From: Gekko japonicus
Lineage: Eukaryota
Direction: 5' to 3'
DNA length: 64,000 nucleotides
Assembly (NCBI RefSeq): GCF_001447785.1
Contig: NW_015163228.1
Span: 4,070 to 68,069 of the forward strand
The translations under genes were made by a program, and so were the position numbers. Shown here in pieces: positions 60,665 to 64,000 of the stretch (positions within the stretch are counted from its first letter, which is position 1; the number at the start of each line of letters is the position of its first letter). The notes beneath the pieces were generated by a model, which saw nothing but the letters and a program-made list of their open reading frames with translations, ran no database searches and had not been told where the DNA came from.

Positions 60665-60847
60665 ATCCAGCATTTAAAACAGACCACTCCAGAGCCTCCT
60701 ATCTCTTATCTCAATTTACTGGAAATGGAAGGGCATTCACTGCTCTCCGTTTTCAGACCATGCCACCTGAGCTGTTAAAAGGACGATATCTCAACCCGTA
60801 CAACCAATGTATCTGTTTGTGCAGGACTTCAGTTGAGGATCTATCAC

Positions 60848-61429
60848 AGTACAGAGGATTTATCCTCTGGTTATAATAGTAACATCTGAGCTGAACAGGC
60901 TTGCTGTCAGTTCTAGCCCCGCGCTGGTGTGAGCTACCAGCCCTGTCCCCAGCTCGCCGTCTACCCAATGGCTCGAAAGCTTCGGCGAGTAGATAAAATG
61001 GGTACCCCTCCTTAGAGAGAGAGGGCACACTGAAACCCCCCCATGGGGTGGAGCAGTGTTAGCCGGCCAACGGAAGTCCATCTTGCAAGATTGGAAAGCC
61101 TAGAGAGATCTCCTCGGCATGAAGAAAGCCTGTAACGGGCCATTACGGACAGGTGGTGGCAGTGCAGTGCTACAACTCGAAGGAGTTTGGAGAAAAGCTG
61201 ACGCCATCAAACCAGGCCAAGGAAAAATGCCGTCCGGATCATGTCTCATCTTCAAAAAACTGAACGAAACCCTCGTCGGCAGCGAATGTGTGTGAATTAA
61301 GATGTATATATGTTGTCCTCCCCTACCCCACAAATCATTGTTAGTCCCTCGTAATATTGAGTAACTGTAAATCGCTCAGAGCCAGGAAGCTCTGCAGGAT
61401 TCAGCGATCAATAAATTGAAAGAATTGAA
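60848..61429 (+). mobile_element. Chimeric SINE-like element, copy 2, inserted in a LINE C-terminal zinc knuckle (60665-61620)
   Basis: Co-linear with 19849-20430. The flanks rejoin as CICLCRTSVEDLSH|YILECPLY. Confidence 0.78.
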
Positions 61430-63739
61430 TTACATTTTAGAATGCCCTCTGTATATTGATCCTAGAATTAAATTCCTTAACCCAATCCCACCAACTTTAC
61501 ACTTAAGCACCGATATAGTAACCTTTTTGCTTTCAGATATCAATCCCACCATTTCCTATAGAATGGCACTTTATGCCCATGCTGCAAGGAAAATTAGAGA
61601 TAGGGCTACGGCATGATTGTACTTTTAAAATATGCTATTTAAGAAACCTGATCTTAAGCTAATGGGGCTTGATGGGTTTGTCTGGTGCAAACTGAAAGTG
61701 TTAAATGTTTTTCTGATGACCCTTGAGTACAAGATGGGAGAGGCTGTCAGGTTATATGAATAGCCTACCAATAAAGATAAATGGGCAAGGGGTAGCATAA
61801 TCAGGTGTGACGAGGTCACGTCAAGATGGGGTATTGCCTTCCTGAGAAATCCATTGTTGAAATTAAGTATCTCTTTTAGAGTGGAGGGGAGAGCTATTAG
61901 CAAATCAGCGCCCTGAGTCACTGTCCCAAAATAGATTCCCAGGCTAGTCTCTGGCCAGCATCCAATTTGTTTGTTTCCCGTTTCATCTTGCTTCCATTTC
62001 CAGGCCAGGCTGTAGAGTACATGAATTTTGGGGTGATAATTAATAAGAGGTGTCTAGATTTGGACTGCCCTTCTACAGCAAGGGTCTGGCTGCTAACAAA
62101 GCAGAGTCCATGCTTGGAAGGGACACCACCAATGAAGGCAATGGCAAATCACCTCTGCTTCTCACTTGCCTTAAAAGACCCTTGCTGCAGTCACCATAAT
62201 TTGCCTGTGACTTGATGGCAATTTATACACATGAAAACACACATATAAGAATTCCCCTTCCGTACAATTTATATGCATCCATCACACTTCCAATCAATCA
62301 GTTACAATACAATTTATTTTTTCTATGATAAAATTTAATATGGTTCAGAAAACTCATAGAATTAGATCCCACCAGGTTTTTGACTGGTGAAAAGGGGAGA
62401 AAGGGACCCCTTTGAACACCCAAAATATAAGGCTCATGGGACCTGCTTAGGCAAAAGCCACATGGAACAGAGACTGTTCGAAGGAGGGACATTGGGTGAG
62501 TTTGACCTAAAAAAGTGGCTGGATCCAACCCATAGATTACGACTGGGGAAAGCTGGGTTCAAATTCAAGTTTTACTGACTACCTGCTTAATGATCATGAG
62601 GTTTTAAAGCCTCTCATCTGTCCAACTGGAAGAACAGTTCTAGGTGGTTTTTAGGACAAAAAAAAGGAAACTATTTTGCATGTTTAGAGTGTCTGAATCA
62701 TAACAAAGATCTATCTTACCAGGCTTTCATTAAACCTTCATTAAACCTGTAATATTGACAACTTTCATCCCATTCAGGAAGCAAAGATTTTAATAAAAGT
62801 GCTGTATTAAACTTTGAGTGCCAGGGTCAGCATCTGTTCCTCCTTTAGCTTTCAGCTCCAAGATTTTTTTTATATAAGGAATAGACAATATTCCAGTGTT
62901 CCTGAAGGATTTTGAGCTACATAACTTCTTGGTCACTGAAGACAGCATTGCCAATTACCTGTGGGATTTTAAAAAATATTTCCTAAAGGCAACAAAACTG
63001 GCACATTGAACTTGTGAACTGAAGCACTGATAAAATTCTTTGATACAAAAAAAGAAATACAAAATGACAATAATTATAGTAGGTCTATACATCAGCATCT
63101 ATAAAAAGTTCCCAAATATCTAAACATAAGTCCCTACCCAACTGCTGGCTATATGCCACACGTTCAAATGTTGATAAAGTTGCAAATTCCATTGGTTTAC
63201 AAAAGATGGGCATTTATCTCTCCATTGTTTCAGTATAAATCTTTTGGCTACCGTAAGGGCATAGTTGGTTCATTTTCATTCACCATCAGTTACATCCACT
63301 AAACAGGCAAATAGTTTAAAAGTACATAAGGACCTTTTAAAAAATCAATGAGTATAATAAAACAAAGTTGATAAGAGTAATGGCTTCTTACCAAAAAGGC
63401 CAAATCACTGAACATGCCCAAAGCACACATCTTTCCTTACAAAAAGGGTCCCCTGCTCTACTGTGATCAGGAGGGGTTATTCCCTCATACTCAGGAGCAT
63501 CCCTGTACTCAAGTAGGGTGTTATAGATTCAGGGATATCCTGAAGGAACAAGCAAGTCTCCATTTTGAATTACTTTATTTTTTAAATCATGGGATACTCT
63601 TTCTAATTTTTTTGCCATAGAGACCAAAATGTCCTGGCAGTTCCTAATTCTGCCACTTTCCCATCATATGTATCCCATAAGCTTCCTCCATCAGTGGGAG
63701 GGCTATTCAGGGAAGCGGATGTGGCCCAGTGCCATTGTG

Positions 63740-63978
63740 ATGTAGTGGTTATGAGTGGTAGATTCTAATCTGGAGAACTGGGTTTGATTCCCAACTTCTC
63801 CGCATGAAGCCAGCTGGATGATGTTTATGGGTCAGTCACAATTCTCTCAGAGTTCTCTCAGGCTGAACTACTTCACAGGGTGTCTGTTGTGGGGAGAGGA
63901 AGGGAAGATGACTGTAAGCTGTTTTGAGACTCCTTTGGGTAGAGAAAAGCAGGGTATAAAAACCAACTCTTCTTCTTA
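63740..63978 (+). mobile_element. Squam3-like SINE
   Basis: TGTAGTGGTTA..GATTCTAATCTGGAGAACTGGGTTTGATTCCC ... (CTT)n tail. Confidence 0.8.
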
Positions 63979-64000
63979 TGAAGAAGGGGTTATGAAAGGA

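Noticed and set aside
62230-63700. Possible decayed coding sequence on the minus strand
   Set aside because: I could not recover any convincing motif by eye; it needs a translated search.
1-64000. CRISPR arrays, operons or other prokaryotic systems
   Set aside because: The sequence is spliced vertebrate DNA, and no regularly spaced repeat-spacer array is present.

Overview
Vertebrate genomic DNA from a squamate reptile, most likely a gecko, judged from Sauria/Squam1-, Squam3-like and 5S-derived SINEs, CR1/L1/L2/BovB fragments and Penelope relics. It covers the junction between a vomeronasal type-2 receptor (V2R, class C GPCR) cluster and an olfactory receptor (OR) cluster, with all genes on the minus strand. 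V2R-A is an intact six-exon gene (16222->3054, 890 aa). V2R-B is a six-exon paralog (38399->24739) with a single 7-bp frameshift at the start of TM1. There is also an orphan V2R 3' tail (356-1089), an OR6-like gene disabled by a 7-bp insertion (44986->44029) and an intact class II OR (53907->52972). The rest is dense with transposable elements. The most notable items are: an Ngaro-type tyrosine-recombinase retrotransposon with an SGNH-hydrolase ORF whose RT YLDD motif was hit by a SINE; Penelope-derived hammerhead-ribozyme cores in a palindrome; a two-copy chimeric Sauria-head/L2-tail SINE; Harbinger- and hAT-type MITEs with readable TSDs; gene-conversion tracts between the V2Rs; and several local tandem duplications. 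One 110-N assembly gap is present. All family assignments were made by eye, with no database search.
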